64,000 bases of DNA from Naegleria gruberi. Lineage: Eukaryota. Location: NCBI GenBank assembly GCA_000004985.1, contig GG738900.1; one strand, 5' to 3'. The position numbers and the translations under genes were made by a program. The notes under the pieces are model-generated. The model did no database searches. It was not told the DNA's origin and saw only the letters and a list, made by a program, of their open reading frames with translations. The stretch's first letter is position 1, and every line of letters begins with the position of its first letter. Below, one piece after another: positions 28,220 through 40,693 of this stretch.

Positions 28220-29174
28220 ATGCCTCCAAACCAATCATTAACAACACCTATTAATGTTGTCACAGCAACGTATTTGGACCCGAAAAAAGTGAGTTTTTGA
28301 TGATCATCACATATCGGAAATATATTTATTCTAGTATTCTAAATTTCTAAATATTTGGATTTATCTAGGAGTGTTGTACGGAGTGCAATATTTGCAATAT
28401 TTATATGTAAATAGGAAAAGTAAAGAGTGGGATGTAAAATTAAAGAAATGGATAGAACTTGTACAAAAGTGGAAACGAGGAGAATTACAACAATATGATT
28501 GGAATTCATATAAATATGATATATTACCACAGTCTATTTATTCTACTCTTTCAGTTTTTTCAAAAGCCTACATGGAAAATAAGGAAGAGGAAGTTAAATT
28601 ACCACCTACGTTATTGATGGGAGCATCATTTGTAAATTCATTGGAAAATGTAGTTTTTGGAACTGAAAAGAAAGATACAATTTCAAAAGGAGATGAATTA
28701 TTTTCAATTAAAGATCTGGACCAAAATACTAATAATTCAACAATAGAGGCCATGGCAGAACAAGCTACTCATTCAATAATGGAAAAATTTGAAAAACTAA
28801 ATGAATGGAATGATTTTGATTATCAACAATATTTTGCGACGAAATCGCCACCGTGGAAATCGAGATTTATCTTCAACCCCAATGAAGAGATTCCATCTAT
28901 TGAGGATATAAAACAAAATGAAGACTTGAGAATTGACACATTAGGCGAGCAACCACATGAATTTGACAAGTATTTATTTGAGGATTTTCTGGACCATATG
29001 GATCCTTTTATTAATCATCAACTTGCCAAACCTTCACTAAGTATGATTAGAGGTAAACAGGGTACTCTCTTCAATCCATCTCGAGTTCACTACATTCTCA
29101 ATGACATTGAAAATGACAGAAGAAGAATCATCAGAAATGCTATTGATTCAATAAAATTAAACAAGGTGCAATAA
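28220..29174 (+). CDS. hypothetical protein, 2 exons
   Basis: Exon 1 is 28220-28288 (MPPNQSLTTPINVVTATYLDPKK). The intron is 28289-28334 (GTGAGT..CTAG). Exon 2 is 28335-29174, in frame with track ORF 28371-29174. No family recognised. Confidence 0.55.
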
Positions 29175-29329
29175 TAACATTCCTATTTCTAATCAAATTA
29201 ATATTGATGAAGCATGATAATAGCCACCTTCAATTTAAATTTTAAATCAAATTCAACAAATCCGAAGCCATCATGATGAAGGTAAAAAAGAACATCAAAA
29301 AAAATATTCAAAAAATAAATTGAAAAAAA

Positions 29330-31597
29330 ATGCCATCATCAAAAGAAGAACGAAAATCTTCATCATCAAAAATTGCCGATAAACCTAAATATGAATTGCT
29401 CACAGACAAGGACTTTAAGAGAGCAGAACAATTAACTGAGGAAAAAAAGCTACAAGATAAAGATTTTCAAGACAAGGAAAAGAAACAAAGAAAGGAAAGA
29501 AATGAATTCTTGTTTAAAAAGACCAAGAATTTGTTAAAAACCTACGAGAAATCTAAATTTTATCAAAAGACGAAACTTTTAACAAATGATGCACTTGATA
29601 AGTATAAAAGAAAGAGTACAATCGATGAAAAACCAATCCCTAAAAGGGAGATGGCATTCTACCAATATAAAAACAAATTAGCTAACAAACAAGAAGTTTC
29701 AAGGAATATCCTTTGGACTGATGTCGATCGTTCGAAAGCTGAAGCAAGATTGGCTAGATCCGAAGTTTTGAGAACCAAAGAAAATGAAGAAAGAGGTATT
29801 GAATTGGATGATAGTGATATTTACTCTAAAACATATCAACTTTCACAGGAAGCAATTTTGAAGGATGTAGATGAAAATACTAGAAAGAAAATATTTGATA
29901 TTGAACTTACACAATATTCACCGTATAAGATTCAATATAGTTTGAGTGGTAGAAAATTACTTTTGGGTGGTGTGAAAGGTCACATTTCAACATTGGATTG
30001 GAGAAAATTTGAAATGCTTCATGAAAATCATTTCAGTGAACCATGTAAGGCAGTTCAATGGTTGATGGATGATGGCATGTATGCTGTTGCTCAATCACCA
30101 TTTACCTATGTTTATAATGAACAAGGTGTAGAAATTCACATGTGTAGAGATTTCCATAAGGTTGAATTCCTTTCTTACTTACCTTTCCATTATTTACTTG
30201 TTGGTGCTAGTAGACAACAAAATTTACCAACAGGAAATAGTGGTCAAATCATTTTCAAGGATATTTCATTGGGTGAAAACGTATCAACAGTTAAATTAGA
30301 TCCAATTTCATGCATGACACCAAATCCATATAATGCTGTTATGTGTGTTGGTCATTTGAATGGTACTGTTTCAATGGTATTACCTCGTGATAAGGATTAC
30401 AAACCAGTCGTTTCCATGTTCTGTCATCAAGCTCCAATTAAACATTTGGCAGTTGATCCAACAGGTCGTTATATGGTTACAAGTGCTGCTGATGATAAGG
30501 TTAAAGTTTGGGATATTAGAAATACCTATCAACCATTGACAACAGTTGATACTCTTGAACATCTTAATCAAATTAGACCAAAGAATGGCGATCATATTAC
30601 TTCTATGGCTGTTTCACAATCGGGAATGGTTGCTGTTTCACTTAAACATACAGTAGCAATATGGAAGAATTTGACTCACATAAATCAAGCTGATAAGGAA
30701 ATTTACTTGCTTCACAAGATGCCAAATCATACCACAGTTTCAGATTTATCATTCTGCCCATATGAAGATATTCTTGGTGTTGGTCATTCTAGAGGATTCA
30801 GTAGTTTAATTGTTCCAGGTTCTGGTTCAAGCTCTTACGATTCTAGAATGCCTAATCCTTACTTTACTGATAAACAAGTTAAGGACTTTAACGTGAGAAC
30901 CTTGCTTGAAAAGATTCCATATGAAATGATTTGTTTGGATCCAACAGTGATTGGTACATCAGGTATGAGAGAAAAGGATCACTCCTACTCATCTCAAGTT
31001 GAAATCTCAGAAGAATTGAAACAAGAATTGAGCAGAGTTGGTCTCAAGGAAGAAGAAAGAAAAGAAGCTGAAAAGAGAAAACGTTTAACCTCAAGAGATC
31101 AATACAGAGAAGAACTCTTTAACAAATATCAAGAAATGAAAGCAGCCATACCAAAGAATTGGTATGATGAAGAAGATGCTGATGCTTTGGATCGTTTTGC
31201 CTCATTAAAGAAGAGAAAGATAAAGTACGACGAAAAGAAGAGAGAAGATACTCGAAAGCAACAAGAACAAACTGAAGAATCAGATAGAGTCAAACAATTG
31301 AAGAGACAATTGAGTGGCGATGATTCTGGAGATGAGGAAGAATCATCTGGTGATGAAGACGAAAATATGCTCAAATTATCATCTTCAGGAAAGAAGAAGC
31401 AACAAGAAGGCGACGAAGATGATGAGGAACAAGACGATGAAGAACAAATGGACAATCAAGCTGATGACGACGAAGATGAGGAAGAACAAGAAGACGACGA
31501 AGACCAACAAGCAAACATTTCAGAGGAATCTGATGATTACGAAAGCGATGAAAGTGAGGAAGAAGACACCAACTCAATAATTGATCCATTCGCATAA
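29330..31597 (+). CDS. UTP7: U3 snoRNP protein UTP7 / WDR46 (BING4)
   Basis: 755-aa ORF with WD40 repeats (GHLNGTVSM, CHQAPIKHLAVDPTGRYMVTSAADDKVKVWDIR). The BING4 C-terminal block is PGSGSSSYDSRMPNPYFTDKQVKDFNVRTLLEKIPYEMICLDP. The tail is long and acidic. Confidence 0.85.
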   Translation: MPSSKEERKSSSSKIADKPKYELLTDKDFKRAEQLTEEKKLQDKDFQDKEKKQRKERNEFLFKKTKNLLKTYEKSKFYQKTKLLTNDALDKYKRKSTIDEKPIPKREMAFYQYKNKLANKQEVSRNILWTDVDRSKAEARLARSEVLRTKENEERGIELDDSDIYSKTYQLSQEAILKDVDENTRKKIFDIELTQYSPYKIQYSLSGRKLLLGGVKGHISTLDWRKFEMLHENHFSEPCKAVQWLMDDGMYAVAQSPFTYVYNEQGVEIHMCRDFHKVEFLSYLPFHYLLVGASRQQNLPTGNSGQIIFKDISLGENVSTVKLDPISCMTPNPYNAVMCVGHLNGTVSMVLPRDKDYKPVVSMFCHQAPIKHLAVDPTGRYMVTSAADDKVKVWDIRNTYQPLTTVDTLEHLNQIRPKNGDHITSMAVSQSGMVAVSLKHTVAIWKNLTHINQADKEIYLLHKMPNHTTVSDLSFCPYEDILGVGHSRGFSSLIVPGSGSSSYDSRMPNPYFTDKQVKDFNVRTLLEKIPYEMICLDPTVIGTSGMREKDHSYSSQVEISEELKQELSRVGLKEEERKEAEKRKRLTSRDQYREELFNKYQEMKAAIPKNWYDEEDADALDRFASLKKRKIKYDEKKREDTRKQQEQTEESDRVKQLKRQLSGDDSGDEEESSGDEDENMLKLSSSGKKKQQEGDEDDEEQDDEEQMDNQADDDEDEEEQEDDEDQQANISEESDDYESDESEEEDTNSIIDPFA

Positions 31598-31715
31598 ATG
31601 TACAAAAATTCTCTAAATTCTCTAAATTCAATTATTAAGCTAGCTCAAATTCTACCAAATCCTTCAATGGTTTGGAAATAGTAAATTTCTTGTAATCCAG
31701 ATATTTTTCATCACC

Positions 31716-33195
31716 ATGATATTAATAGCATTTGCCAACAAATCTTCAGAAAAAAAAATGTCAAATACAGAGAAGCTTCCTTCATCACATCAAAGCATGA
31801 TGAGGAGATTTTCCTCCTCTTCCCTGATGATGATCGTGATGAGTTTAATGATTGTAGTAATGTTACTCCGATCGGAAGTTAATGCCTTCTCCTATAGAAA
31901 TGCTCCACAAGGAATACATATTGCTCTAACAGGAGTAGAAAGCGAAATGTCGGTTATGTTCTTTACCCAACTCAAATCAAAGAATTATCAAATTATTTAT
32001 TCAACTTCTAGTAATTTGGATATATTGGATGTTAAAGTTAAACAAGAGGTTGAACATTACAAGTATATTGTCTATCAAGTACCTGGAATGTATGAAGAAC
32101 TTACAGTTCATGAATTTATTCTTAAAGGCCTTCCACCAGCAACAAAGATTTATTACAGGATTGCAATGAAAAATGATGAAACAACAACAAGTGAAACATT
32201 CTCTTTCATTACTCAAAAATCAAGAAGTGAATTATTGAAGAGTGATGAACCTTTCCAATTTTTGGTTTATGGTGATATGGATATTTTCAATGATGGACAA
32301 AATACTATTGATTCAATTATGAGAAATCACATGAAGGATACTCAATTCATTCTCCATATTGGTGATATTCCTTATGTTTGGAATCATGAACATGAATACA
32401 AGTGGGAAAAGTGGTTTGATATGATTGAACCAATTACTTCTGCAATGCCATACATTGTTTGTAACGGTAATCATGGTAAGTTTTATTTCATGTAATGAAA
32501 ATTTACAATAATTGTAACTAGAAAACGCTTCTAACTTTACCTCTTACAAGACCAGATTCACTAATAGTACTGTTTCAGTAACAACCAAGTCAAATACTCA
32601 ATCAAACTTGTATTATTCATTTGATTATGGTTCAATTCACTTTATTACTATTAGTAGTGAACATGATTATGCTTTGCAAACAAGATGGATGGAGGAAGAT
32701 CTTGCAAAGGTCAATAGAGAAGAAACTCCATTCATTATTTTCTACTCACACAGACCAATGTATAGCAGTAATGAAAACCATGGAAGTTATGACCCAATCA
32801 GAATTGCAGTTGAACCTCTTTTGAGAAAGTATAAGGTTGACTTGGCATTATTTGGTCACGTTCATGCTTATGGTAAGTAGTGATATCATCTTGTGTAATA
32901 ATGTTTACTAATTTTATTAACAACAGAGAGAACTTGTCCAATCTCGGAACAAGGTGTTTGTGACAAGAAGAAGCACAGAAATTACTTTAAGAATGCTGAT
33001 GGTACCATTCACATCCATGTTGGCACAGCAGGTTTTGAACTTAATCAAAAATGGGATCCAAAACCTGAATGGAGTACATACAGAGAAACTAATCATGGTT
33101 ATCTCAGAATTAAAGTTTTTGGCAAACGTGCTCTTTCTGTCGAATTTTTGAGAAATGGTGTTACAACAGCTGACAGTTTTTTGATTGAGAAATAA
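31716..33195 (+). CDS. purple acid phosphatase (calcineurin-like metallophosphoesterase), 3 exons
   Basis: Exons are 31716-32475, 32522-32872 and 32927-33195, with GTAAGT..AG introns of 46 and 54 nt. Splicing restores the metal-ligand blocks YGDMD, HIGDIPY, GNHE (split by intron 1), SHRPMYSS and GHVHAYER (split by intron 2). The N-terminus has a hydrophobic signal/anchor. The start could instead be ATG 31758. Confidence 0.85.
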
Positions 33196-33455
33196 ATTGG
33201 TGGTCGTTTTTATTAATTTCTTTGAGGAAGTATTCTTGACAATACTTTCTGAACACAATCAAAAAATACAGAACTAATGACATTCAACTGTCAAGGGGTT
33301 TGGAATAAAGATGATTAAGATATAAGGATTCATTTATTTTTTTTCAAATACATTCAATTGATTGAAAAACAGATTGATTAGATAGATTTACATGGATAAA
33401 AATTTACTTGGTTTCTCGAAAACTACAATAAGACCAATTCATGTTACATTCACAA

Positions 33456-34897
33456 TTATAAGAGAAGTTTTCTCAGTGCAGTGAATGTTGCAACTTGATT
33501 ATTAGAAGCAAATTGTTTAACTTTCAGCAAACTTTGATAAAGAGCTCCAACAGTAATTCCCTGTTTGTTCAAATCTTCGACAAGAGGTGCTAATACTTCC
33601 ACTTCTTTTCTTTGGAATGAATAATAAACTAAACTCTTTTGAGCTAAAGAAGCAGAAATTACTTGAATGATTGCCTTCAACTCCACGTCACCCAAGAATG
33701 CCCCACATCCCCAGTTTCCAGTTGAAATCTTATCCATTGTCTTGGAAGATGAGAAACCAGAGAGAGATTTGATAATTTCTCTATCAATGGTTTCCTTTTC
33801 CCATTGTGAAAGGAAATTTAACTTATTGAATATCAAAGCATCAATAGCACTAGTTTGTTTCAATGAATTTCCATTTGAATCCTTATTCAAATCTATAAAA
33901 TTACCAGCATAATCCAAACTAAACGCATAACCCTTGTGTTTAGAATATTGCTCAGCACCAGTAATTAAAATAGATTCCCTATCACCCATGACATGACAGA
34001 ACAATCTGGCAATATTCATTTCAGGACACAATGAGAATTCAATTTCTTCTTGAACTATGTCGAATATTGATTAGTTGAATCACATATAGTATACATACCA
34101 CATCCAAATGAAATAGAAGCTCCTCCAATAAATTTGTTAGCAAAATCAATTTGAACTGCATCATGAGAATCAGCAATAGATCCCTGACTATTAACATGAA
34201 CGTCACATAGTGGCAAATCGCTATATTCAAAGCTTGGAATTGGAGTCAAATAATGTCTTGTAAATGAAATGCCAAGATTTGGATTTGATGAATAATCAGC
34301 AAAACTCTTATGAACTCTAGCAAAATAGTTCAATAACATCATTGTCTTGGCAAATTGAGGTCTAAAATTAGGGAATTTTCCATACATTTCATCATAATTA
34401 ATTGATGGGAAATATTTCCACAATGGATCATAACTGAGTCTATACCAAGTACAGAAAAAGCTATTTGCTAAAATACATGCAGCTCCAAGTTTAGAAATTG
34501 TTAAAGTTTTCGATTCTCCCTTCTTTAAATATTGAATTGATTGTTTAGGAAGATAATCCTCACTCTTTAATACTAAATGTGCAATAAATGGAATAACAGT
34601 ACTCAAGAAATCATCACTATTATAATCGTCAGGATAATATTGTTCCTCAAATAATTCCATAGCTTGATATAATACAAGATACTTGTCGGGATTTTCATCT
34701 TCCTTCTTAGGCTTTCCGAAATGATTCACCTTGATCGATTCAATAATATCAATTACTAATTGTTTGGTGATGGATTTCGGATCTTGTACCATAGGTTGTA
34801 ATTTTGATTGTATAAATGGCCATGATGAATATTCGTATGGAAATTGAACATGTTCGAGCGTGGCTTCGTGATCTTGTGTGACAATGATTTGGGACAT
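33456..34897 (-). CDS. PARG: poly(ADP-ribose) glycohydrolase, 2 exons
   Basis: Exons are 34099-34897 and 33456-34054, with intron 34055-34098 (GTATGT..ATAG). Splicing creates the PARG signature DFANKFIGGASISFGCGVQEEIEFSLCPEMNIARLF....ILITGAEQYSKHKGYA. Confidence 0.85.
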
Positions 34898-35029
34898 TTT
34901 TTTTTAATTGTTTACAACTCACTGGAGAGAGAAACGTGAACTTTGTAGAGTTTACAAAACAAATGAACCAGAGTTCAGTTTGCAAAGATTTACAAAATTC
35001 AATGTGTGTTATTTTCATTGATCCATTTC

Positions 35030-35981
35030 TTAAAGTTTTGATTGTCTCTTGTCAATGAGAGAGTAATCATTTGGTCCATAAATTTCCAATCTGTGATATG
35101 AATTAGGAATGCCACTGATATTGTCTGATGACTTGTGGAGACAATCTCCTGGTAAAATGATTATTTGCTTTGGAATTCTTTCTCCATAAACTCCTCTAAC
35201 TGATTCATCCTTGTTATTAATCATTATTGGAAGAATTGGTTGATGATTGAGATCAACATTCTTATTTCTGGACTCCTCAATGATATGATTCCATGTTTGA
35301 TATTTACATAAATGATTCAATATACAATAAGTTGGAGGTGCCAAGAGAATTTTCTTTTGTACAAAACTTGAAATTGCTTCATCTGGTGACATCCATACAG
35401 AGTTGACATTCTCACTTCCATCGTGTGAAATGTCAAATTCAAAATCTTGTTCACTCTTTGGATTGGAAATGTAAAATTTAGTATCAAATCTAGATGGTGC
35501 CAATTCTGGAGTAATCCATCTCTGATATGGAATTAATGAATCAAGATCCAATGTCAAATTATATTGAGATAGCATTTGTTTGAATTGATTGGCTTCATTG
35601 TGAACTACATTTCTCCAATTATTTTGCATAATCTCTTTAACTGGAACCTTTTCCTTGCAAACCAAAAATCCAGCTGTATTTTCAATTGTTAAATATTAAC
35701 AATTCGAAGATTTTCACATTTTACAAACCTTCTTCAAAAGATTCTCTGATAGCACAAACTTTATCCTCATCTCCTAATTGACCATCAGTAGTCTCCAAAG
35801 CACCACCAGGAAAAGTACTACTCTTTGCAAAACTCTTTGATGATTCATTTCTCTCCAATAACAATAATTTATAATCAAAACTTGAATTGGATGATGAAAA
35901 ATTGTAATTTCTCCTTTTCAACCATTCGACAGGAACAAGATAAATTAGAGAGGAAGCTCTTCTCGGAATTGATGGAGGCAT
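35030..35981 (-). CDS. NUDT19: NUDT19-like Nudix hydrolase (probable peroxisomal CoA diphosphatase), 2 exons, C-terminal SKL
   Basis: Exons are 35729-35981 and 35030-35673, with intron 35674-35728 (GTTTGT..ACAG). The Nudix box FPGGALE...CAIRESFEEAGFLV is completed by splicing. RWITPELAPSRFDTKFYI is typical of the NUDT19/RP2p group. The protein ends ...KRQSKL, a canonical PTS1. Confidence 0.75.
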
Positions 35982-36756
35982 TTGTTTTTTCTAAAATTAT
36001 GATTAAATACAGTGATGCAGACGATTCCTTTGAATGTGATGTATTTTTTTATATTGTTCTAACGTTTAATTGTTGATTGATTACAAGTAATATTAAGAGT
36101 TGAATAATATGGTATGAATTATTGGTTGTTTCACATTCCATGACTCAATAACAAAATATTATAAGCAAGTGAGAGAAAGCAGATAAGATCCATTCTCCAA
36201 TATTTGAAATGGATAATGACCCTTTTCAAAACGTAGAACACATGGATAACCACAATTTCAAATTGCAAAGATGAATTTCAACAACAATTGGTTGTAATTT
36301 AAATCCTTCCTTATCAGAAAGTTATTAGACACTAATCAATTCTCATCATTTCAAAGTAAACAAATACAATTCAATCTAATACCTTATTCTTTTAGTTTCC
36401 CCATCAATTATGTTCTTCATTAAATTGGATTCAAAGCTGGTCCTTTCCTCATTTGATGATTATGATGACGACCAAGGCAGCATTATTTTGCTTTCATCCC
36501 GAAGTTGAATTTTTTGAAAAAATATTTGAACTCAAAATCAAGCAAAATAGGACAAGAAAACGCTTTTTTCAATAGAGAGCAAGAATTTAGCTCGTCAGCA
36601 GAGTTGTTTAAATTTATAATATTATTGAAAATATTGTGATATATAATTTATTTTGTTATTATTATTATTAGTGCGAGATAGTTGGTAAACTGCTATTTAT
36701 ATGATAACCAACAACAACAACAATATAAGACTGTAGAATTTTTATTAACCGCAAAG

Positions 36757-38427
36757 ATGCAGTTAAATCTTAACTATTTTGTGAGAGTGTTTATGCTCAA
36801 ACTGTGGTTTTTAATTTTCAATTATCCACTTTCTCTACTTACGGCCATCCTTTCCATGATGATAATTTATAGAGCTTCACAGAAGAAGAATTCGCCTCTT
36901 CCTCTCGATAAAAGATTACCTATTGAAGATAGTAGTAGTGGTACAACACTTGGATCATCAGGAATAGGTTCTCTTATATCTAATTCTGTTAATTCTGTTG
37001 CTGATGTAACAACAGTGACTTCTTCATCTAATAACAACAACAACAACAACTGGTCGGCCACAGTTGCTTCAATTTATAGTTCTTCATCTGATGATGAAAC
37101 GGAAAAACCAACATCAAGATTTACTAGTTTTATTAATTATTTCTGGGGAGGAGGAAAAACTCATCACAACGTTGATGACAATATCAGCACAACAAGTACA
37201 TCATCAGAAAATTCAACAATCTCCCCAGCTGATGGTAATCATATGTATTCCATGTTTGATAATGTTGATTCTAATGATCCAAACCAAAGTAATCTTTTAC
37301 GATGTCCTCCTAAATTATTAGAAGATCCAATGAAGTTGTTGGGAAGAACTGTCTTGATGGTAGGAGGTTGTTGTGAAGGTGTAGGATATGAAATTGCTTA
37401 TGCACTTGCACAGTTAGGTGCTAGAAAGGTTGTTTTAGCTTGTGCAAATGAACATGAAGCCCAAGAAGCAATCGAGAAAATGACAGATATTAGTCGAGGA
37501 GTTGTTGAATTTATGCATCTAGATTTATCTTCCATTCAAAGTATACGTCAATTTGTTAATTTCTATCAAAATGTTATGAATTATGAGTGCCACGTCCTAG
37601 TTAGTACTGTTCTTTGCACAAGACAGAGTAACATGGGAAAGAACACTTCTAATAATAACAGTAGTAGACAATTACAAAACCAATTTATTGGTCCTAGATT
37701 TACCAAAGATGGTTATGAAAAAAACTTCCAACTCAATTATTTGGGAAGAATTATTCTTATTGATATGATGTCGGATATGTTAAAGAGAAATCATACAAGG
37801 GTTGTTAATGTTGTGGAAATATTAAGTGAATCCCTTAAACAACAAAAACCTATGAAAATGATACCTAACTCTGATTTGAATGCTAGTACATTCAAGAAAG
37901 CATATACTGAACAAGACTATTTTAATTACTCTATGAGATGTAATTTATTATGGATTAAAATGTTTGCAAAGAAATATCAACAAGATGGTGTGACAATTTG
38001 TTGTTGCGACCCTGAACTTCCTGGAACCTACAAACCTCCAATTCCTGATATTATTAATCAACCTACCTCTACTTCCTCACTTCTTTCAGATCCATATTTT
38101 ATGGATCCAAACTCACATGATGTATTGTCAATCACTAATGAATACGCTGAAGAAATTACCAATTTTGATAAGATACAAAGTTTACTTTATGGGTCACTAT
38201 GTGATAAGCAATATTTTGAAAATGGTGCCTACATAACGAATTATAGAACTAAAAAACTTCCTTCCTCCTATTCGAATAAGAAAGATATGGAGCTGAATTG
38301 GGAACAAACAGCTTCACTCGTAACAGAGATACAGAGTTCTGTCATTTCTCAACACTCCTCTCCTTCAATCAGTGTTAATTCTTCTCCTACCCTTCCCATC
38401 CCTTCCTCCTCTCAGAACGAACCATAA
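36757..38427 (+). CDS. membrane-anchored short-chain dehydrogenase/reductase-like protein
   Basis: Track ORF 36682 starts at TTG; the first ATG is 36757 (MQLNLNYFVRVFMLKLWFLIFNY..., TM). The Rossmann-like segment is VLMVGGCCEGVGYEIAYALAQLGARKVVLACANEHEAQEAIEKM. Low-complexity Ser/Asn linkers are present. Confidence 0.6.
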   Translation: MQLNLNYFVRVFMLKLWFLIFNYPLSLLTAILSMMIIYRASQKKNSPLPLDKRLPIEDSSSGTTLGSSGIGSLISNSVNSVADVTTVTSSSNNNNNNNWSATVASIYSSSSDDETEKPTSRFTSFINYFWGGGKTHHNVDDNISTTSTSSENSTISPADGNHMYSMFDNVDSNDPNQSNLLRCPPKLLEDPMKLLGRTVLMVGGCCEGVGYEIAYALAQLGARKVVLACANEHEAQEAIEKMTDISRGVVEFMHLDLSSIQSIRQFVNFYQNVMNYECHVLVSTVLCTRQSNMGKNTSNNNSSRQLQNQFIGPRFTKDGYEKNFQLNYLGRIILIDMMSDMLKRNHTRVVNVVEILSESLKQQKPMKMIPNSDLNASTFKKAYTEQDYFNYSMRCNLLWIKMFAKKYQQDGVTICCCDPELPGTYKPPIPDIINQPTSTSSLLSDPYFMDPNSHDVLSITNEYAEEITNFDKIQSLLYGSLCDKQYFENGAYITNYRTKKLPSSYSNKKDMELNWEQTASLVTEIQSSVISQHSSPSISVNSSPTLPIPSSSQNEP

Positions 38428-38778
38428 AACCCAATTTTCAACAAGTGAAAGAATCAATTATTTTATTAATCATCATCTACAGTAATCAATTTTTCGAAGA
38501 AGAAACAATAGATTTGCGTTTTTTGTCTTGTTCATGGAAGTACAAGAATGTCCACTTTACAAAATTTCCTTCTTATTCAAATACGCACCATCAACAAGTT
38601 CATCAGAGGAAGATAACAAGGTAAACAACGTGTTAAAAATGTGTGGCTTCTCTGTGTTTACTTTCGCTGGCGTTGTCAAAATTGTTCTATAAATACATCC
38701 GTACAAAAAACACATGGTAAAAAAAATGTTCAAAACAACACCGTACCTATTAACAACAGCACACAACATCTCCCACCA

Positions 38779-39894
38779 ATGTCCTTCATTCACTACAATC
38801 CACTGGATGGAACTTCACCAAAGAAGAAGCAATTAACATTGGATGAACTGAAGTCCGTTCTTCACTTAAGCCAAGAGCAAGCTGCTAAAGTACTTGGTAC
38901 ATCTTCTTTCAAACTTCGCTCTTTATTCAAGAAGCATAGAGAGGAGCTTTCTATGGTTAGATGGCCAACACAAAAGGCTAGACAACAAATGCTAACCAAT
39001 AACAACAACAACAACAACATCATAGTGAAGGAAGAAGAAGAATTTCCTAGAGATGAAAATGACTTTCCAATCTTTAAAAAATCTCTCATATACAAGCAAC
39101 AAATCAAAAAGGGCAATAATCCATTCACTTCTATTGAACCTAAAATATTATATCTTCCTTCTCCACTTGAAAATAATCAACATAATGTTAACCATGAATC
39201 AATTTATTCCGGTTATACAGATGATGATAAGATTTTCACCTTTAACAAATATGAACTACAAGATTTCTTACATTTTTTGGAAATGAAAAGATTGGAAAAG
39301 GATATTTGTGATCGTATGATTGGTAGAGTAGCAAATGGATTCAAGAAAGTTGTATTCTGTATGCCAGTTTCAAAGTGTACCAGAAATGTATTTACCAGTT
39401 ACTTTGATATGTATGGAGAACATTGTACAATTAGAAGTAGAAAGGTTCTTGGATACGATTCTATTGGCTGTTTTACAAAAAGAAATGTTTCAAGATATGT
39501 GTTTGAATTTCCATATTTACCAACATTCGGAAATGGACGATGGACTTTGAATCAATATAGTTTAGATAATAATAATTATGAATCGGAATTTGAAGATGGG
39601 GAAGGAATAACAATATTCAACGATTCTACATCAACAACAAGTAGTACATCATCAAATGATTTCAGTTTTCCAGTTATCGAAGACAATGATTATTCATTTT
39701 TAGGAGAGGAGTTGAATGAGTTTAATGAACATTGCAATAGACAATTGGAATTCATGGAAGGATGGGATCATGTTCGAAACATGGTTTATAGATTAAGTGT
39801 TTCTCATAATTCAATCACTCAACTGGTTACAGTTTCATTCGGAATGATTTCTTTGAAGTTGTGGTATGATGGAACCTATAAAGAAACATTTTAA
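38779..39894 (+). CDS. RWP-RK-like domain protein (putative transcription factor)
   Basis: The first ATG in the ORF is at 38779 (MSFIHYNPLD); the track start 38641 is GTG. LTLDELKSVLHLSQEQAAKVLGTSSFKLRSLFKKHREELSMVRWPTQKARQ fits the RWP-RK helix-turn-helix pattern (RWP-TQK variant). Confidence 0.6.
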   Translation: MSFIHYNPLDGTSPKKKQLTLDELKSVLHLSQEQAAKVLGTSSFKLRSLFKKHREELSMVRWPTQKARQQMLTNNNNNNNIIVKEEEEFPRDENDFPIFKKSLIYKQQIKKGNNPFTSIEPKILYLPSPLENNQHNVNHESIYSGYTDDDKIFTFNKYELQDFLHFLEMKRLEKDICDRMIGRVANGFKKVVFCMPVSKCTRNVFTSYFDMYGEHCTIRSRKVLGYDSIGCFTKRNVSRYVFEFPYLPTFGNGRWTLNQYSLDNNNYESEFEDGEGITIFNDSTSTTSSTSSNDFSFPVIEDNDYSFLGEELNEFNEHCNRQLEFMEGWDHVRNMVYRLSVSHNSITQLVTVSFGMISLKLWYDGTYKETF

Positions 39895-40002
39895 TAAAGT
39901 ATAACATTTAATCTATCACTTCTATACCATCATTATCACTTACATCAACAAGTTCAACAATAACATTAATCAACTTCAACTTCTGATTCACCTAACAAAG
40001 TA

Positions 40003-40051
40003 TTTTTTGACCCTGCAGTAAAAATAAAAAATTTATTGCAGGGTCAAAAAA
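40003..40051. repeat. perfect 15-bp-stem palindromic hairpin (left bracket of the AT-rich block)
   Basis: ttttttgaccctgca (40003-40017) pairs with tgcagggtcaaaaaa (40037-40051) across a 19-nt A/T loop. It abuts ATG 40052 and contains CCTGCAGTA. Confidence 0.9.
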
Positions 40052-40693
40052 ATGCTTAAACAACCCAAACGCAAAAAACAAAAACAGGACCATCAAAACA
40101 CAACTTCATCAATAACAACATCAACCCCAACAACATCAACAACAACAACAACAACTTCATCGATTAGAAAGTGTATTGTTAATTGTATCAATAATCAAAT
40201 ACACTTTTCTAAATCGGAAACACTAGTAACTTTATTAAAAGATTCAATGAATAAGAAGGAGTCATCAAATGAAATTTGTATTGTTTGTAAAAACGGAACA
40301 CCAGATAGTCATAAAGTTAGACCCTATGATCATTTTAAACCACATTCTAAAAAGATTATTAAATTATCAAATAATATTCCTATTAAATCTATTAATAATT
40401 ATGATGAGTTAATTAAAGAAATGATTAGTAATAATTTTGCTAAATTTAAGAATAATAATAATATTATTGAACAATATAATGATTATGTTAATACTAAATT
40501 ACAATTAAATGATGAAGAAAAAGAATTAATATTTACAAATAATTTTTTTAACAAATTTAATTTTAAACATGATAGGCTCGATACTTTAGATTATTTACAT
40601 AAAATTAATACACTACAACAAAAAATTAATACAGCTATTTGTCTTCAAATTCTTTTAAAGAATTTTGTTTCGAAGATAAAAAATTCTGAATAG
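40052..40693 (+). CDS. orphan ORF (213 aa), Thr/Asn-rich, no recognisable family
   Basis: ATG-to-TAG ORF in very AT-rich DNA, where stop codons should be frequent. The N-terminus is a basic/poly-Thr low-complexity region. Confidence 0.4.
   Translation: MLKQPKRKKQKQDHQNTTSSITTSTPTTSTTTTTTSSIRKCIVNCINNQIHFSKSETLVTLLKDSMNKKESSNEICIVCKNGTPDSHKVRPYDHFKPHSKKIIKLSNNIPIKSINNYDELIKEMISNNFAKFKNNNNIIEQYNDYVNTKLQLNDEEKELIFTNNFFNKFNFKHDRLDTLDYLHKINTLQQKINTAICLQILLKNFVSKIKNSE

Noticed and set aside
33456-35981. Tandem PARG + Nudix as a functional ADP-ribose catabolic pair (PARG releases ADP-ribose, Nudix hydrolyses it)
   Set aside because: The Nudix protein looks like the NUDT19/RP2p CoA-diphosphatase type (CAIRESFEEAGF, RFDTKFY) and ends in the peroxisomal signal SKL. 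It does not resemble an ADP-ribose pyrophosphatase, so the adjacency is probably coincidental.
38557-38793. Minus-strand ORF 38557-38793 and small ORF 59811-59999 (-) in promoter regions
   Set aside because: They are short, have no recognisable domains, overlap the 5' regions of better-supported genes, and show no splice or codon-usage support.
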